The notes: generated by a model not told the origin, from the sequence alone. Positions 24,214-36,700 are shown, counted from the stretch's first letter. The stretch is DNA of 64,000 nt from Macrostomum lignano (GCA_002269645.1 NIVC01002829.1:1-64000); one strand, 5' to 3'. Numbers and translations are program-made.

Positions 24214-27200
24214 TAGTGTCTATGTCTGTCTTCTGTGTCTATTCCAGTGTCTGTCTACCCGTCTATACCTGTTTTTGCCCGAAATTGTTAGTGTCTGCCT
24301 TTCAATTCTAATGTCTGTCCGTAGACACTGTTGTCAATCGCAATTTCATTCCATATCCTTTCCTGCTCCATTTTTCACTTCCTCCGCGACTTGCATTAAT
24401 CATCGAAATCAGCAAAATTCTGCCCTACTCAGGCCGTGGACCACATCCCAGCGGACTGGGAGCCCAGCCGGCCGCTGCTGTACGCGGTTCGCATGGGCCC
24501 GGGCACCCTGGAGATTCCCCGGATACGCGGCCAGCTCACCCAGTCTGTGCTGGAGTCCACCGGCGTCTACCTGCTCGACTGCGGCACCGACATCTTCGTC
24601 TGGTTCGGCGGCAAGGCCGTCAAGTTCCTTCGCTACGCCGGGCTGAAGCTGGCCCAGGAGGCCTTCACCCTGTTCGACCGGTCGCCGGAGACCACCGCCG
24701 TCACCCGCTGCCTGGAGAGCGCCGAGCCCATCGCCTTCAAGCTGCGCTTCCACGGCTGGGACGACGCCGTGGCCGTTGACTTCACCCGGACAGCGGAGTC
24801 CGTGGCCAAGCGGGGCACTGATATGCGCACCATCATGGAGCGGGACAAGATGCGGATGGACCTCACCGACTTCTTCCTGCCCAGGCCGACTCCGCCTACG
24901 GCTGAAGAGTTCGCCGATCAGATGGCCAACTTTAGAGACGATGTTGACAATCTGGAGACGCTGGCCAACTTTGTGCTGGTGCCCAACTATAGAGCCATCA
25001 AGTGAGCGTCGAGAATTTCCCTGCTATGACCCTTCATCCATGCTTAGAACCCATCACTGTTGAAAATAACTCCTCATCCATGCAAAAAAAATCGCACCTT
25101 AATCACACCTACGAGCGTAATATCGCCCCTCAGCCTCACCATGAATCGCCCCTCAGCCTTACCTGGAATCGCCCCTCAGCCTTACCTGGAATCACCCCTC
25201 AGCCTCACCTAGGATCTCCCCTCAGCCTCACCTAGAATCTCCCCTCAGCCTCACCTAGAATCTTCCCTCAGCCTCACCTAGAATCTCCCCTCAGCCTCTC
25301 CTAGAATCTTCCCTCAGCCTCACCTAGAATCTCCCCTCAGCCTCACCTAGAATCTCCCCTCAGCCTCACCTAGAATCTCCCCTCAGCCTCACCTAGAATC
25401 TTCCCTCAGGATCACATAGAATCGCCCCTCAGCTTCACCTAGAATCTTCCCTCAGCCTCACCTAGAATCTCCCCTTAGCCTCACCTAGAATCGCCCCTCA
25501 GCCTCACCTAGAATCTCCCCTTAGCCTCACCTAGAATCTCCCCTCAGCCTCACCTAGAATCTTCCCTCAGCCTCACATAGAATCGCCCCTCAGCCTTACC
25601 TGGAATCGCCCCGCAGCCTCACCTAGAATCGCCCCTCAGGGACACCAAAAATCGCCTGTCAACCTCGCTCAGAATCGCCCCTCTGCTACGCTAAAATGGT
25701 TTTCAGCTACACAGATTGATCTCATGTTCTCACAAATTCAATTCAACTGGTTCCATTCGCGTCCCAACCTGTCCCCAGGTCAGCGGAAAAGTACAAACGT
25801 ATCGCGCCCGACGAGCTGGGCCACTTCTACTCCAAAGAGTGCTACATCTTCATCTGCCACTACTACCCGGAAGAGCCCGAGGAGGATCCTGAACAGCCCA
25901 AAGACGAGGAAGAAGAGGAGGAGGAGATCCAAATGAAGTACATTGTGTACTTCTGGCAGGGCAGGGACACGAGCGAGTTGGCGCTGCACAAGTTCAACTT
26001 CGATACACGGAAAACCCTGGCCGAGAAGATCAAGGATCCCGAGTTCAGGCCGATGCGGCAGCAGGAGGAGAGTCGGGAGTTTCTGGCGCTGCTCAACAGG
26101 AAATTCATTGTGCACAAGGGGCCGCGCCCGCGCACGCCTCAGGACCTTGAGAAGTGGAGGTGAGATTGAGCCTGGTCTTTTGCTGTTGAATTCATTGTTG
26201 GTTTTGCGTGGGTCAGATTATATATTGTCTCATGGGTGAGATTTTAGTTTCTCATGAGTGATGCTTTGGTTCCTCATAGGCAGAGTTTTGGTTCCTCATG
26301 GGTGAGGCTTTGGTTCCTCGTGGGTGAGGTTTTGGTTCCTCATGGGTGAGGTTTTGGTTCTTCATGGGTGAGGTTTTGGTTCTTCATGGGTGAGGTTTCG
26401 GTTCCTCATAGGCAACGTTTTGGTTCCTCATGGGTGAGGTTTTGGTTCCTCATGGGTGAGGTTTTGGTTCTTCATGGGTGAGGTTTCAGTTCCTCATAGG
26501 TGAGGTTTTGGTTCCTCATGGGCAGAGTTTTGGTTCCTCATGGGTGAGGTTTTGGTTCCCCATAGGCAGAGTTTTGGTTCCTCATGGGTGAGGTTTTGGT
26601 TCCTCATGGGCAGAGTTTTGGTTCCCCATGGGTGGGGTTTTGGTTCCTCATGGGTGGGGTTTTGGTTCCTCATGGGTGAGGTTTTGGTTCCTCATGGGTG
26701 AAGTTTTGGTTCCTCATGGGTGAGGTTTCTGTTCCTCATAGGCAGAGTTTTAGTTCCTCATGGGTGAGGTTTCTGTTCCTCACAACCATAGAATCGGGTT
26801 TAACTCCCTACTAACCTCGCAGGGCGGCCGAGGTCACGCGGCTCTACCAACTGCGCACTCCCAACGCGGACCCAATGCTCTCCCGCTGCCTGGAGGTGCC
26901 GGCGGCCGCAGCCAGCCTGTGCTCAGCCTTCTGCCACCTGCTCACCCGCGGCCCCGACCGCCTGCTGGTTTGGCGCGGCCGCGGCTCCAGCCAGACCGAT
27001 CGGGAGCTGGCGCTCGAACTCGCGACCTCGCTGCTACCGGACGCGACCCCAGCCGAGATGACCGAAGGCGAGGAGACGGACGAGTTCTGGGAGCTGCTGG
27101 GCGGCCGGGCGGCCTACTTCACCGGCGTGGACTTCTACTCTGCCTGCCGCCTGTTCAAGATCACCACCGAGGAGGGCTACCTCAAGGCCGACGACTTGGG

Positions 27201-27477
27201 CGTTGACTTCGCCCAGTCCGCCCTCACCGATAGCGCCATCATGCTGCTGGACACCGGCGTCAAGCTCTACCTGTGGATCGGCACTAAGGTGTCGGACGTG
27301 CTGAAGAAGCTTGCGCTGCAGGCCGCCAAGCTGTACCTGCTGGCCGTCCGGGACCGGGAGGGCGCCAGCGGCACCCGCCGGCTCGGCGCCGCTCAGAAAG
27401 GCTCCGAGCCGCCGGATTTCACCGTCTGCTTTCACGCCTGGGGCGAGCACAAGGCTGTGAAGGATTGGCGCGGATGA
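17349..27477 (+). CDS. FLII: Protein flightless-1 homolog (LRR + gelsolin repeats), 9 exons (17349-17768, 18004-18177, 18934-19204, 19865-20250, 21467-22213, 23408-23719, 24433-25001, 25779-26159, 26823-27477), ~1304 aa
   Basis: N-terminus [11 protein letters not shown] matches the FLII start. The LRR block ends in [10 protein letters not shown], followed by FYNLDFSL, then gelsolin repeats ([20 protein letters not shown]; [13 protein letters not shown]; [12 protein letters not shown]; VYFWQGR; CFHAW). All junctions are GT..AG with consistent phase; 3915 nt. The exon 5 acceptor could alternatively be 21478. Confidence 0.95.
17771..17930. repeat. 21-bp minisatellite (AATCCACTAATCCGTGTGTAC), FLII intron 1
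   Basis: Tandem copies starting right after the GT donor. Confidence 0.9.
18310..18870. repeat. 20-bp minisatellite (GAGAATCGCCCTCTACCCAT), FLII intron 2
   Basis: Tandem copies. Confidence 0.93.
19260..19800. repeat. 35-bp minisatellite (CCCCACTCAGGTACTAGTGTGTCTATGGTAGAATA), FLII intron 3
   Basis: Period 35 (19441 to 19476). Confidence 0.93.
20268..21380. repeat. 23-bp minisatellite (GCCATTTCCGGCTGGGATGTCAT), FLII intron 4
   Basis: Tandem copies. Confidence 0.96.
22226..23353. repeat. 24-bp minisatellite (CACCTAGCCTGTTGTGTCYGGCCT), FLII intron 5
   Basis: Tandem copies. Confidence 0.96.
23707..24230. repeat. 39/32-bp donor-containing repeat (23707-23915) followed by (TGTC)n, FLII intron 6
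   Basis: Six copies of GGCTAGGGAGGAGG, then a tetranucleotide run. Confidence 0.92.
25125..25650. repeat. 23-bp minisatellite (CCCCTCAGCCTCACCTAGAATCT), FLII intron 7
   Basis: Tandem copies. Confidence 0.93.
26230..26785. repeat. 22-bp minisatellite (TGGGTGAGGTTTTGGTTCCTCA), FLII intron 8
   Basis: Period 22. Confidence 0.93.
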
Positions 27478-27571
27478 GATCGTGTTGATGTGGCAGAGCC
27501 TCAAGTGCACCGTGTACTTGCGTGCGCATGTACAATGTACCTCGATTTGTATTCAAGCATTAATTCAGAAA

Positions 27572-28010
27572 TGATGAAGCTTCACTAAGCCTAGCATCTT
27601 AGAAATCCTGGTGAAGCTTCACTAAGCCCAGCATCTTAGAAATCCTGATGAAGCTTCACTAAGCCCAGCATCTTAGAAATCCTGATGAAGCTTCACTAGG
27701 CCCAGCATCTTCATAAATCCCGATGAAGCTTCACTAAGCCCAGTATCTTGAGAAATCCTGATGAAGCTTCACTAAGCCCAGCATCTTCATAAATCCCGAT
27801 GAAGCTTCACTCAGCCCAGCATCTTCATAATTCCCGATGAAGCTTCACTAAGCCCAGTATCTTGAGAAATCCTGATGAAGCTTCACTAGGCCCAGTATCT
27901 TCATAAATCCTGATGAAGCTTCACTAAGCCCAGCATCTTGAGAAATCCTGATGAAGCTTCACTAGGCCCAGTATCTTCATAAATCCCGATGAAGCTTCAC
28001 TAACCCAGTA
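27572..28010. repeat. 37-38-bp minisatellite (GATGAAGCTTCACTAAGCCCAGCATCTTAGAAATCCT), FLII 3' region
   Basis: Tandem copies, each with a HindIII site. Confidence 0.93.
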
Positions 28011-28287
28011 TTTTATGAAGCAAGAAGCTCATCAAAATCTTAATTAAAAAATCCAGCAGTTTTCAAAGGAAAATCTTGCAAGCCCTTGCACAATCACCGG
28101 CATAGCAATTATAAGTGCTGCTCAACTGTGTACTCGAGTCATTAGCATCGAATATTCAGGTGCTATGCATCGATCACCGTCACCAGTCATTAGTTACTCG
28201 CTCACCTGTACTCACATGTATTATAATTTCTACCGCAGAAACTACTGAGACCTGTTGAGTCACTTGCTGAAGCAGCAATTCTATTTC

Positions 28288-28293
28288 AATAAA
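28288..28293 (+). terminator. Candidate poly(A) signal of FLII
   Basis: AATAAA ~810 nt after the FLII stop, followed by T-rich sequence. Confidence 0.45.
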
Positions 28294-28819
28294 AAATTAA
28301 CCGATCGCTTTTTTACTGATGTCTTGAACTTTCTGCTTTCGCCAGTTGTAACCGGCCGCATTAGCTAATTATGCAATATAAACTGTGTATTCAAAATCGC
28401 GCCAAAATTCATTAACAGTTTTAGGCAAACTCTGCTTTCTCTTGCGCTGCTAGTAAACTTAAATTAACTGTTTCTCTTTTTGTTCTCTGTGATCCCACGT
28501 ATTTATCCCAATGACTGCGGGCAGTGCGTGTGCATGAGGGGCATCTTCCACTTGCACCGGCTTTGCCCGACAGATTGTTTTTGCTGAATATGCCTAAAAG
28601 TAGATATTTAGCTATTTATACTACTGCTGCTGTGCCCTGCCCTGCACCCTGTTGAATGATTTTAGCCCAGAAATCATTTGATCAATTATTATCAATTATA
28701 TTTACATCACGTATTCTTTTTTCCGCGAAAGAACGGATTTTCTTATTTAAAAACTCTTCTGTTTAGCTTTTTATGCTTCATCGCCTCGGCCAGGCCAATT
28801 CCAGTCCCGAACTGAATAA

Positions 28820-29546
28820 TCACATTATCCCCATCCCACACTGATTAATCCCCATCCCACACTGATTAATCCCCATTATCCCCATCCCACACTGATTAAT
28901 CCCCATTATCCCAATCCCGCACTAAATAATCCGCATTACCCCCATCCCACACTGATTAATCCCTATTATCCCAATCCCGCACTAAATAATCTGCATTATC
29001 CCATCCCACACTGATTAATTCCCATTATCCCAATCCTGCACTAAATAATTCGCATTGTCCCCATCCCACGCTGAGTAATCCCCATCCCACACTAAATAAT
29101 CCCCATCCCACTGAATAATCCCCATCCCACACTGAATAATCCCCATCCTAAACTGAATAATCCCCATCCCACACTGAATAATCCCCATCCTAAACTGAAT
29201 AATCCCCATCCCACACTGAATAATCCCCATCCCACACTGAACAATCCCCATCCCACACTGAATAATCCCCATCCCACACTGAGTAATCCCCATCCTACAC
29301 TGAATAATCCCCATCCCACACTGAATAATCCCCATCCCACACTGAATAATCCCCATCCCACACTGAATAATCCCTATCCCACACTGAATAATCCCTATCC
29401 CACACTGAATAATCCCTATCCCACACTGAATAATCCCCATCCCACACTAAATAATCCCATCCCACACTGAAAAATCCCCATCCCACACTGAATAATCTCC
29501 ATCCCACACTGAATAATCCCCATCCCACACTGAATAATCCCCATCC
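28820..29546. repeat. 21-bp minisatellite (CCCCATCCCACACTGAATAAT) upstream of the Kelch gene
   Basis: Tandem copies. Confidence 0.93.
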
Positions 29547-29568
29547 GACTTTCAGCTGACCCCTGGCA

Positions 29569-30609
29569 ATGCGGTTCGCCTTTGCCCAGGAGCTGCTCAG
29601 CGACGGTTTTGACGGCCCCGCTGATGAGTGCCGACGCAGCGGCCACGCCCTCGCCCTGGCCGGCGGCCGCGTCTTTGCCGTTGGCGGTGGCCAATTCGCC
29701 GCCATCTCGCCGCCGATGCTGCAGTTCGACCTGGCCGCCGGCCGCTGGACTCTGCTGAACGCTGCCGGCGATGCGCCCGACGCCGACGTCGCTGGCTGCG
29801 TGCTGTTCGCTGACGGCCGCGCCAGCCTGCTGGCTTTTGGCGGCCGGCTTGGCGGGGGCCGACTGAGCGACAAGCTGTTTCGTCTGGATCTTCGCCAGCG
29901 TCGGTGGATGCTCGCGGCACAAGTCGGTCCGGATCGTCCAGCGCCTCGTTCCGGCGCCCTGGCCTGCGGCGTCGGCCACCGGCTGTACCTGATGTCCGGC
30001 GACGCGGGTGGCGAACACGGCGGCGGCATCGGATGCTCCCGGCGAAGCGCCGACCTGTGGCAGCTGGACGCCGCCCAGTGCCGGTGGACGCGCCTGCCGG
30101 ATCCTCCAATTGAAGTCGCCGAGTCTGCCGACTGTCTGTCCGGTGTCGGCGCTGACTGCCTGTTCGCCGTTGGCGGCGGCTGCTGCTGGCAGTTTGACTT
30201 GTTCACCAGACGGTGGAGCCGGGTGCCGGTGTCCCGTCCTGCAGGCTGGGGTGACGATTGCTTCATCATCTTTGACGATGAGGAGACTGGCAGCCATAGG
30301 TCGCGTAGGCTGTTGGCGGCAACTGCGGGTGGCGGTCGGCAGCTGTTCGTTCTTGGTTGCGATGGAGCCGTTGACAGCTTGGACACCTGCCTAGCAACTG
30401 CCTGGCAACCGGTGCCGCCTGCGGATTCAGCTGCTGTGGCCGGCCTTCCGCGATACCTGGCGGCTGCGTGCACCTACACCGCCGATGCCGCCGACGCTTC
30501 GGACAGTGCCGGCAGCTTCGGCCTGCTGGTGCAGGGCGGCCTCGCCTGGCCGAGTGGACGGCCGCTGGCCGACCTGCAGCTGCTGCGATTTCGCGAGCAG
30601 ATCGTTTGA
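29569..30609 (+). CDS. Kelch-repeat beta-propeller protein (Kelch-only, KLHDC10/KLHDC3-like), single coding exon, 346 aa
   Basis: Recurring Kelch motifs: RSGHALALAGGRVFAVGG..FDLAAGRW, LLAFGG..LFRLDLRQRRW, PAPRSG..RLYLMSG..DLWQLDAAQCRWTRL, LLVQGG. No BTB or F-box seen. In-frame TGA at 29557 upstream of the ATG and a TTTCAG acceptor at 29555. Confidence 0.75.
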   Translation: MRFAFAQELLSDGFDGPADECRRSGHALALAGGRVFAVGGGQFAAISPPMLQFDLAAGRWTLLNAAGDAPDADVAGCVLFADGRASLLAFGGRLGGGRLSDKLFRLDLRQRRWMLAAQVGPDRPAPRSGALACGVGHRLYLMSGDAGGEHGGGIGCSRRSADLWQLDAAQCRWTRLPDPPIEVAESADCLSGVGADCLFAVGGGCCWQFDLFTRRWSRVPVSRPAGWGDDCFIIFDDEETGSHRSRRLLAATAGGGRQLFVLGCDGAVDSLDTCLATAWQPVPPADSAAVAGLPRYLAAACTYTADAADASDSAGSFGLLVQGGLAWPSGRPLADLQLLRFREQIV

Positions 30610-30639
30610 GATTTTTTTACTTTGCCGGTTGCTGATGGG

Positions 30640-31137
30640 CAAGTTGCAGAGTGGACAGGTTGCGGAGTGGACAGGTTGCCAAGTGGACAGGTTGCCAAGT
30701 GGACAGGTTGCCGAGTGGACAAGTTGCCGAGTAGACAGGTTGAAAAGTGGACAGGTTGCGGAGTGGACAGGTTGCGGAGTGGACAGGTTGCGGAGTGGAC
30801 AGGTTGCCGAGTGGACAGGTTGCAGAGTGGACAGGTTGCAGAGTGGACAGGTTGCGGAGTGGACAGGTTGCGAAGTGGACAGGTTGCCGAGTGGACAGGT
30901 TGCCGAGTGGACAGGTTGCGAAGTGGACAGGTTGCGGAGTGGACAGGTTGCGGAGTGGACACGTTGAGAAGTGGACAGGTTGAGAAGTGGACAGGTTGAG
31001 AAGTGGACAGGTTGCGGAGTGGACAGGTTGAGAAGTGGACAGGTTGCGGAGTGGACAGGGTGAGAAGTGGACAGGTTGGGGAGTGGACAAGTTAGGGAGT
31101 GGACAGGTTAGGGAGTGGACAGGTTGGGGAGTGGACA
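30640..31137. repeat. 16-bp minisatellite (AGTGGACAGGTTGCSG) just after the Kelch stop
   Basis: Period 16. Confidence 0.93.
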
Positions 31138-31759
31138 CAAGTTAATACTTTCTATATATTAATTAAACAGGTGTATTATTCATCTAAAGAAGCATTATTT
31201 GTTATAATTAAGCTTGAATCTATTTTTATATCTTTATCTGTGATTGTATATGCATAGTCTATTATTGCTCCTATATGCATTATTAGCCTTAAATTGACTT
31301 TTATTCATATTGCGCATGCGAAATGTATAATTTCAAACGTTCTTACTCTTACAGCTTGATATGCGCGTTAATATTGTTCAGTATTGGTTACTCTTTTATT
31401 ACGAGCTTAACTCTAACTCTGCCTTTACTGGTAGCAGTTGCATTGCACTGCTGCTTGCTGTACTAACTTATAATAAGATTATCATAATAAGTAAAATCCC
31501 TAGCATTGTTAGCAACATTTTTATAAACATTCCTTTTTCCATTTTTATCAACTAGATGTCTTACTATTATTTTAATGTCTTTTAATGGTTTACAAATACA
31601 TTCATATAAGCTTTGTATACTACTAATAGTCAACTTGATTCATTTGATCCATTTTAACTTTTTAGAGCTTAAAAAGAGAAGCTTTAGCTTTAGCACCAAT
31701 CTATCGCTTGAGTTTGGTTAAGCAAAGTTTTACTTTGGCCAGTACGCAATGAATAACGG

Positions 31760-31882
31760 GCAGACAGACAGACAGACAGACAGGCAGACACAGACAGACA
31801 CTAAAACAGACAGTCAAGCAGACACAGACAGACAGACAGACAGACACCAAGACAGACAGACAGACGGACAGACAGACAGACG

Positions 31883-31922
<40 letters not shown>

Positions 31923-31990
31923 AACACACAGACAGACAAACACACAGACAAAGACAGACAGGCAGACAGACAGACAGACACACAGACAGT
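31760..31990. repeat. (GACA)n microsatellite upstream of NDUFS6
   Basis: Interrupted tetranucleotide run. Confidence 0.93.
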
Positions 31991-32024
31991 CCCCACCTGC
32001 CCCACCCGAACCCGCAGCCAGCCG

Positions 32025-32465
32025 ATGCCGTCAGCTGTCCCAGCCGTGCAGCTCCTGCCTCGCCTTTGCGCCGCCCGGCGCGCCACCGCCGCCGCCGCCA
32101 TGGCCGCCTGGCGCCGCGGCCTCAGCAGCTCCAGCGGTGCCGTCACCACCACAACAGCCAAGGCTGCGGCAGTGGACATGCCCGACTCCGCCTTCGAGGA
32201 GACGCACACCGGGCAGCGCTTTGAGCCGGGCGACTACCGCCTGGCCAGGTTCGTGGGCAAGCAGAAGCTGATCAACAAGCAGCAGGCCATCGACCTCGTG
32301 CACGAGGTGCCCCCAATCCCCAGTCAGGACCGCGTCGTCCACTGCGACGGCGGCGACCCGGCTCTCGGGCATCCGCGGGTGTACATCAACCTGGACGGGC
32401 CGGGGCCGCACATCTGCGGCTACTGCGGCCTGAGGTACTTCTACGAGGACAAGCACCACCACTGA
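32025..32465 (+). CDS. NDUFS6: NADH dehydrogenase (ubiquinone) iron-sulfur protein 6 (13 kDa-A, zf-CHCC), 146 aa including an Arg/Ala-rich mitochondrial presequence
   Basis: [61 protein letters not shown] is the NDUFS6 signature. The upstream part of the tracked ORF (31749-32024) is just (GACA)n. An alternative start at 32100 is possible. Confidence 0.95.
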   Translation: MPSAVPAVQLLPRLCAARRATAAAAMAAWRRGLSSSSGAVTTTTAKAAAVDMPDSAFEETHTGQRFEPGDYRLARFVGKQKLINKQQAIDLVHEVPPIPSQDRVVHCDGGDPALGHPRVYINLDGPGPHICGYCGLRYFYEDKHHH

Positions 32466-32799
32466 GCGTGCGGAGTATTGGCTTGGCTGGGCCTGCAGCA
32501 TGCCTAGCCTTGACTATGCATAGAAACCTATTATCATTACTATTAACTAGCTAAAGTCCCTCAGTCCCTGCCGTTTTGCGACTGTGTACAATTTAGTTCC
32601 CCATGTCCATGCAAATATATGAGGATTCACGGAGCATAGCAACAGCTTCCCGTGCGATAAATCCCGCTTAGAGATTCTCTAAATGCACGCGATTTTGTTG
32701 GGAATATCTTTTCTAATCTGCCCTCCTAATGCTCTGATATTTGAGCTGATGTGTATCTGGAATATCTCCCATAGGTTTGTCTTCGTAGGCCCCTTGACT

Positions 32800-33545
32800 C
32801 TCATTTGCCCTCTTCATCTCACTATTGATATCTTCTTCATCTCACCTACCTTGATTCCCTTTTATTTCACATTGATTCCCCTTCATCTCACCTTGATTCC
32901 CCTTCATCTTACCTTGATATCTTCTTCATCTCACCTTGATTCCCCTTCATCTCACCTTAACTCCTCATCATCTCACCTTGATTCCCCTTCATCTCACCTT
33001 GATTTCCCTTCATCTCACCTTGATTTCCCTTCATCTCACCTTGATTCCCCTTCATCTCACCTTGATTCCCTCTCATCTCATTTTGATTCCCCTTCATCTC
33101 ACCTTGATTTCCCTTCATCTCACCTTGATTCCCCTTCATCTCACCTTGATTTCCCTTCATCTCACCTTGATCCCCCTTCATCTCACCTTTATTTCCCTTC
33201 ATCTCACCTTGATTTCCCTTCATCTCACCTTTATTTCCCTTCATCTCACCTTGATTCCCCTTCATCTCACCTTGATTTCCCTTCATCTCACCTTGATTCC
33301 CCTTCATCTCACCTTGATTCCCCTTCATCAGTGGTTCGCCTTCATATCACATTGATTTCCATTCATCTCACCTTAACTCCTCATCGTGTTACCTTGATAT
33401 TTTCTTCATCTCACCTTGATTCCCCCTCATCTCACTTTGATTCCCTTTCATCTCACCTTGATTCCCCTTCATCGGTGATTCGCCTTTATCTCATATTGAT
33501 TCCCATTCATCTCATCTTGATTTCCATTCATCTCACCCTGGTTCC
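32800..33545. repeat. 21-bp minisatellite (CATCTCACCTTGATTYCCCTT) between NDUFS6 and AFG3L2
   Basis: Tandem copies. Confidence 0.93.
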
Positions 33546-33714
33546 CATTCGTCTGACCTCGCCTCCCCATCATCACTCCCCAACCCGAGAGAAGCTGGTT
33601 GCTTCCTACAAATGCAATCCGAAGGCCAGCCCAGCCAGTGCATCCGCCGCCCACCCTTGCTGCGCTGAGCGGCTCGCCCACTAACCGGCTGCAATCGCAC
33701 GCACAAGAAGAGCA

Positions 33715-36700
33715 ATGCTGAAGGCAGTGCCGCATCTGGTCCGCTGCGCCAACTGCCAGGCGCGAGCGCTCACCTTCTACCGTCTCTACTGTCAGGGCGG
33801 CACCGGTGGCAGCAGCGGCGGCGGCGGGCGCCGGCCGAAAGGTTTTGACAAATTCTTCGACAAAGCCAAGCAGAGCGGCGCCGCTGCCAAGCAGCCGCCG
33901 GCAGCCGAAGGCGAGAAGCCGCCACCGAAAAGTGCTCAATCGGCGTCTTCATCGAAGTCGTCCTCGAAGCCGCCGCCGCCGCCGCCGCCTCCGAAGAAAC
34001 CGTCGACGTCCGGGTCGCCGCCGGAGGGATTCGACGAGTTCAAGCGGCAGCTTAACGAGCAGTGGTCGAAGTTTTTCTCTAGCGGCAGCGCCGGCGGCGG
34101 CAGTGGCGGAGGTGGCGGCGGAGGCGACGGCTCAGACCTGCTGAGGTCGGCGATGATGCTGGTGGGAGCCGCGGGCCTGGTCGGCCTGGTGTACGCGCTC
34201 AACTATGCGGGACAGTTCAAAGAGATCACCTGGAAGGAGTTTGTTAACGACTACCTGTCTAAGGGGCTTGTCGGTCAACTGGAGGTGCGTCTTTAAGCAG
34301 CAGGAGTGTCCAGTTCATTTTTAGCTACTTAGTTAGTAGTATAATGCTCAGTTTTTCTGGATTTTTAATGCTATTTTATAATCGTGCGATTTAATAGCTA
34401 ATAAAATGTCTTGTAAATCTGTCTATGTAGCTCGTACATAGTTTGAACAAAAGGGTCACTAGCGGAGTGAAATAGTGCATTCGCCCGCTAGCGCTGTAAG
34501 TTAAGCAGGAAGTTGGCTGGGGTTAGCAGTAATTTAAGATAAGCAGCTTGTTGAGTCACGTCTCCCAAATCAGCAACCGTATGCAAATTTGCAGTGAGAT
34601 TTGGTAAGGAGTAGGCTGAGATTTTATGGGGGGTGGGTGAGATTTGGTGAGGGGTGGGGTGAGATTTGGTGAGGGGTGGGGTGCGATTTGGTGAGGGATA
34701 GGAGTGAGATTTAGTGAGGGATAGGGTAAGATTTGGTGAGGGGTGGGGTGCGATTTGGTGAGGGATAGGAGTGAGATTTAGTGAGGGATAGGGTGAGATT
34801 TGGTGAGGGGTGGGGTGGGTAAGATTTGGTGAGGGATAGGATGAGATTTAGTGAGGGATAGGGTGAGATTTGGTGAGGAGTGGGGTGGGTAAGATTTGGT
34901 GAGGGATAGGATGAGATTTTGTGAGGGGTGGGGTGAGATTTGGTGAGGGATGGGATGAGATTTTGTGAGGGGTGGTGTGAGATTTGATGAGGGATATGGT
35001 GAGATTTGGTGATGGATAGGGTGAGATTTGGTGAGGGATAGGATGCGATTTAGTGAGGGATAGGGTGACATTTGGTGAGGGATAGGATGAAATTTGGTGA
35101 GGGGAGGGGTGGGTTGAGATTTGCTGAGGGGTGGGGTGAAATTTTCATAAGGCGCATGGGGTAAGACTCAAGCAGAGGAGTGGAGTAAGTTTCATAAATT
35201 CTCTAATACCTTAATAACTTTCTAATCAAGCTAATTTTCAGACAGTAGAAATGTGATGGTTTTGAAGCCCTGCAACCTCCTTAGTCATAATGATAATAAT
35301 AGCATTAATATTAATAACCCGCAGGTGGTCAATCGCGAGTGGGTCCGCGTGGTGCCCACCGAGGCCAGCCCGGACGGCCTGGTCCGCTGGTTCGCCCTCG
35401 GCTCCGTTGAATCGTTTGAGAAAAGCCTTCGGGCAGCCGAGGACTGGCAGCAGGTGTCGCCGGAGCAGCGGATCAGCGTGGTGTACAAGAACAACAGCAC
35501 CTCGCAGTCCAGCGCCATGTCAACGCTGAGCACCGGCTTCTTCATGCTGCTAAGCGCCTGGTTCGCCATGCGCATCCTGAGCGGCATGCGCGGCGGCACC
35601 GGCGGCTTCCGCTCCGGCAAGCAGGGCGGCGGCATGTCCCGCTTCAGCCCGTTCGGCAGCTTCACCCAGTCCACCGTCAAGCTGGTGGAGAAGGACCAGA
35701 TCAAGGTCGGCTTCAAGGACGTGGCCGGCTGCGACGAGGCCAAGACGGAGATAATCGAGTTTGTCAACTTCCTGCGCCGGCCGGAGCAGTACCGGGCGCT
35801 TGGCGCCAAAATCCCGCGCGGCGCCATTTTGAAAGGCCCGCCGGGCACCGGCAAGACTCTGCTGGCCAAGGCCACCGCCGGCGAGGCCAACGTGCCGTTT
35901 CTGTCTGTCAGCGGCTCCGAGTTCCAGGAGATGTTTGTCGGCGTCGGGCCCAGCCGGGTGCGCGACATGTTCGCCACGGCGCGGCGCAAGGCGCCCTGCA
36001 TCCTGTTCATCGACGAGATTGACGCCATCGGGCGCAAGCGGTCTGGCCGGAGTTTCGGCGGCAGCAGCGAGCAGGAGAACACGCTGAACCAGCTGCTGGT
36101 GGAGATGGACGGTGAGTAATATATAAATCCTGTGCTCGAATCCTGCACGGTTGAGCAGTCTCACTTTGTTTTGCGTGCGTGCGATGGGTTTTCGTGCGAT
36201 CCACAGCCATGGGGGCCAACACCCAAAACGCACAGGGAGTGAATTGACAGAATTGCCTCAGAGCTGGTTGTAGCACAATGTGGCTTAACTTAGTGATTAG
36301 AGCATCTGACTCACGACTGAAAGGTCGGGGGTTCGATTCTCGACCCACTTGTGTCCTTGAGCAAGACTCTTTATTATACTTTATAGTATAATTATACGAG
36401 TATTATCTATTGAAGCGACCTAAAATTGGACCTCTTGCCCGGGCCCGCAGGCTTCGACACCAAAGCCAACGTGGTGGTGCTGGCCGCCACGAACCGCATC
36501 GACGTGCTGGACCCGGCCCTGCTGCGGCCCGGCCGGTTCGACCGCCAGGTCTACGTCGAACTGCCTGACATCAAAGGCCGGGCCGCCATTTTCCGTGTCC
36601 ACCAGAAGCCGTTGAAACTTGACGACGGTCTGGACACCAAGGATCTGTCTCAGAAGCTGGCCGCCAGGACTCCCGGCTTCTCTGGGGCGGACATCGCCAA

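Noticed and set aside
25870-25930. Poly-Glu insertion in FLII gelsolin region
   Set aside because: An acidic low-complexity segment at this position is a known FLII feature, so not novel.
31749-32024. N-terminal QTDR-repeat extension of NDUFS6
   Set aside because: (GACA)n microsatellite upstream of an acceptor at 32017; the real start is 32025 (or 32100).
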